32,000 bases of DNA from Halomicrobium mukohataei DSM 12286 (GTDB taxonomy: Archaea; Halobacteriota; Halobacteria; Halobacteriales; Haloarculaceae), in the NCBI RefSeq assembly GCF_000023965.1, contig NC_013202.1, forward strand, positions 2,310,001 to 2,342,000. Reading direction: 5' to 3'. Positions 30,425-32,000 of this stretch are shown piece after piece; positions within the stretch are counted from its first letter, which is position 1, and every line of letters begins with the position of its first letter. A program made the position numbers and the translations under genes. The notes beneath the pieces were generated by a model, which did not search any database, was not told the origin of the DNA, and was given only the letters and a program-made list of their open reading frames with translations.

Positions 30425-31468
30425 TCAGGGCTCGACGAGCACTTTGATCGCGTCGCGTTCGTCCATCGCCCGATAGCCCGCGGCGATCTCCTCCAGGGAG
30501 ACGGTCTTGGTGAAGATCGGCGACGGATCGAGCGTCCCGCCGAGCACGTCTTCGAGCAGGTCGTCGGCGTACGCCCGTACCGGTGCAACGCCCCCTCTGA
30601 GGGCGATGTTGTCGCCGAACATGTCGAAGATCGGCACACCGGCGTCGTCGACGCCGTGGGGGACGCCGACGTAGCCGACGGTCCCGCCCGGCCGACAGAC
30701 CTCGACGGCCTGCTCCATCGCGCTGGCGGCACCCACGCATTCGAGCACGTGCTCGGCACCGCCGTAGGTCAGTTCGCGCACGCGATCGACGACGTCGGTG
30801 CCGTCGCCGCCCAGCACCGTCTCGGTCGCCCCGAACTCGGCGGCCAGCGCCAGCCGATCGGGATGGTGTCCGACGGCGACGATCCGTGACGCCCCGAGCC
30901 GTCGCGCAGCCAGGACGCCACAGAGCCCGACCGCACCGTCTCCGACGACCACGCAGGTGTCGCCCGCGCCGACGCCCGCACTGACCGCCGCGTGGTGGCC
31001 CGTCCCCATCACGTCGGTCAGCGGGAGCACGGATTCGAGCACGTCCTCGTCGTCGGCGTACCGATCCGGGACGCGGACCAGCGTCCCGTCGGCGTGGGGC
31101 GATCGGACGTACTCGCCCTGCGCGCCGCCGTTGTCCCCGCCCCAGCTGTCGCCGTTGACACAGGAGGTGTGGAGTCCGCGACGGCAGTACTCGCAGTAGC
31201 CACAGCTGACGACGAAGGGCGCGAACACGTGATCGCCCGGCCGGACGCTGTCGACGTCGTCGCCCACGGCCTCGACGACCCCCATCGGCTCGTGACCGAC
31301 GCGTGAGCCCGCCTCGCGGTCACTCTCCCCGCGGTAGAACCAGAGGTCCGAGCCACAGACCGCGGTGTGTGTCACGCGGACGATGGCGTCGCCGGGGTCT
31401 TCGATCTCCGGCCGCGGTACCTCCTCGACACTGATCTCGCCTGGTCCGTCGTAGATGGCAGCACGCAT
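30425..31468 (-). CDS. Zinc-dependent alcohol dehydrogenase family (MDR) oxidoreductase (347 aa)
   Basis: Catalytic Zn ligands are in AVCGSDLW and GHEPMGVVEAVG. The structural Zn cluster is CGYCEYCRRGLHTSC, and the NAD fold is VVVGDGAVGL. A minus-strand CTTTAGGG box (plus 31491-31498) lies about 26 nt upstream of the ATG. Confidence 0.85.
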   Translation of the reverse strand: MRAAIYDGPGEISVEEVPRPEIEDPGDAIVRVTHTAVCGSDLWFYRGESDREAGSRVGHEPMGVVEAVGDDVDSVRPGDHVFAPFVVSCGYCEYCRRGLHTSCVNGDSWGGDNGGAQGEYVRSPHADGTLVRVPDRYADDEDVLESVLPLTDVMGTGHHAAVSAGVGAGDTCVVVGDGAVGLCGVLAARRLGASRIVAVGHHPDRLALAAEFGATETVLGGDGTDVVDRVRELTYGGAEHVLECVGAASAMEQAVEVCRPGGTVGYVGVPHGVDDAGVPIFDMFGDNIALRGGVAPVRAYADDLLEDVLGGTLDPSPIFTKTVSLEEIAAGYRAMDERDAIKVLVEP

Positions 31469-31684
31469 GTGTACTCACACGGCGACGAGGCCCTAAAGTG
31501 GGACGCCTACGTCCGCCGAAGCCGGCTGTGAGAACGAGCGTTCGTCCCAGGTCCTTTCCGTGTCTTCGTTCCGCAAATGACTCTCTGAGCCGTTTCAGAA
31601 ACGAGCGCTATAGCGCTGCATATTTGGACCAACTTGAGGTAAATCGCCCTTCGCTCTTGGGAAGTAGATGGGCGTGTTTAGACG

Positions 31685-31876
31685 CTATAGTAACAATTGA
31701 AACGATTTACACACCGATCGCACTGCTGCCGTGCGATCGGGTGTGCATTGACTTTCGATCGACTCCCCAGAGTCGACGACGAGCGTGTCGAGGCCGTGGC
31801 GGGCGGTGAACGTCGCTGCCGAGAGCCCGGCGACGCCGCCACCGACCACGACCACATCCGATCGAACGGTGCTCAT
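31685..31876 (-). pseudogene. 5' fragment of a TrxB-like NAD(P)/FAD-dependent oxidoreductase; only about 44 N-terminal codons retain family-like sequence
   Basis: MSTVRSDVVVVGGGVAGLSAATFTARHGLDTLVVDSGESIESQC is a typical FAD GxGxxG N-terminus of proteins that are normally 250-350 aa. After about 31745 the reading frame enters AT-richer, palindrome-rich sequence and stops at 31685. Confidence 0.55.
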
Positions 31877-31879
31877 GGG

Positions 31880-32000
31880 TCAGAGGTCGCCGTTGATAAT
31901 GTCTCGGACGCGTTCTCGATCAAATAGCTGGTGTTCCTCAGCACTGTCGAACGGATTTTCTGGATCAAACTCTCCAAACTGCTTGGGATATACCTGCTGA
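31880..32000 (-). CDS. 3' end of an unidentified gene (last 39 codons plus TGA); the 5' part lies beyond the window end
   Basis: Reverse-strand translation gives ...QQVYPKQFGEFDPENPFDSAEEHQLFDRERVRDIINGDL followed by TGA at 31882-31880. That is 3 nt upstream of the oxidoreductase fragment ATG. Composition is acidic. Not in the ORF track. Confidence 0.45.
   Translation of the reverse strand, partial: QQVYPKQFGEFDPENPFDSAEEHQLFDRERVRDIINGDL

Noticed and set aside
1-32000. Search for CRISPR arrays, rRNA, transposase/integrase genes, toxin-antitoxin pairs and known defence-system signatures
   Set aside because: I saw no regularly spaced direct repeats, no rRNA-like conserved blocks and no DDE, tyrosine or serine recombinase motifs. 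The only dispersed repeat is the ~80-bp palindromic element pair.

Overview
This window looks like a haloarchaeal (class Halobacteria) chromosomal segment. Supporting signs are high GC (hand counts on single 60-nt lines give about 67-75% in most genes), a strongly acidic proteome, Tat/lipobox signal peptides, a halocyanin, an Htr-type transducer, TFB, and TATA-like boxes about 26-30 nt upstream of start codons (leaderless style). I call 34 protein-coding genes. Two are partial at the window edges. The left-edge acyP fragment and a 51-aa zinc-finger gene are absent from the supplied ORF track. I also call one truncated gene, two copies of an ~80-bp palindromic MITE-like repeat, and a recent in-frame tandem duplication inside the halocyanin gene. 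The housekeeping content is acyP, OGG1-type glycosylase, UPF0212, UPF0058, aIF2-beta, TFB, DUF357, trxB, a riboflavin-pathway reductase, the rpa1-rpap1-rpe operon, a LivK-like binding protein translationally coupled to a chemotaxis transducer (BasB/BasT-like), an Lhr-type helicase, a MutS domain-V ATPase, a HAD hydrolase and a Zn-ADH. The most unusual part is a lower-GC block at about 18.3-23.5 kb (roughly 50-60% GC by spot counts). It holds a pentapeptide-repeat protein fused to a TIGYG K+ channel pore and a two-gene operon of beta-solenoid-like repeat proteins. A convergent three-gene operon completes it: Tat lipoprotein, membrane-anchored SpeE-like protein, small cytoplasmic protein. This block, plus the helicase and MutS-like genes, is bracketed by the two inverted MITE-like copies, each fused to a host-gene stop codon. 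I saw no CRISPR array, rRNA, tRNA or transposase. All family assignments come from motif recognition by eye and need HMM/BLAST confirmation.
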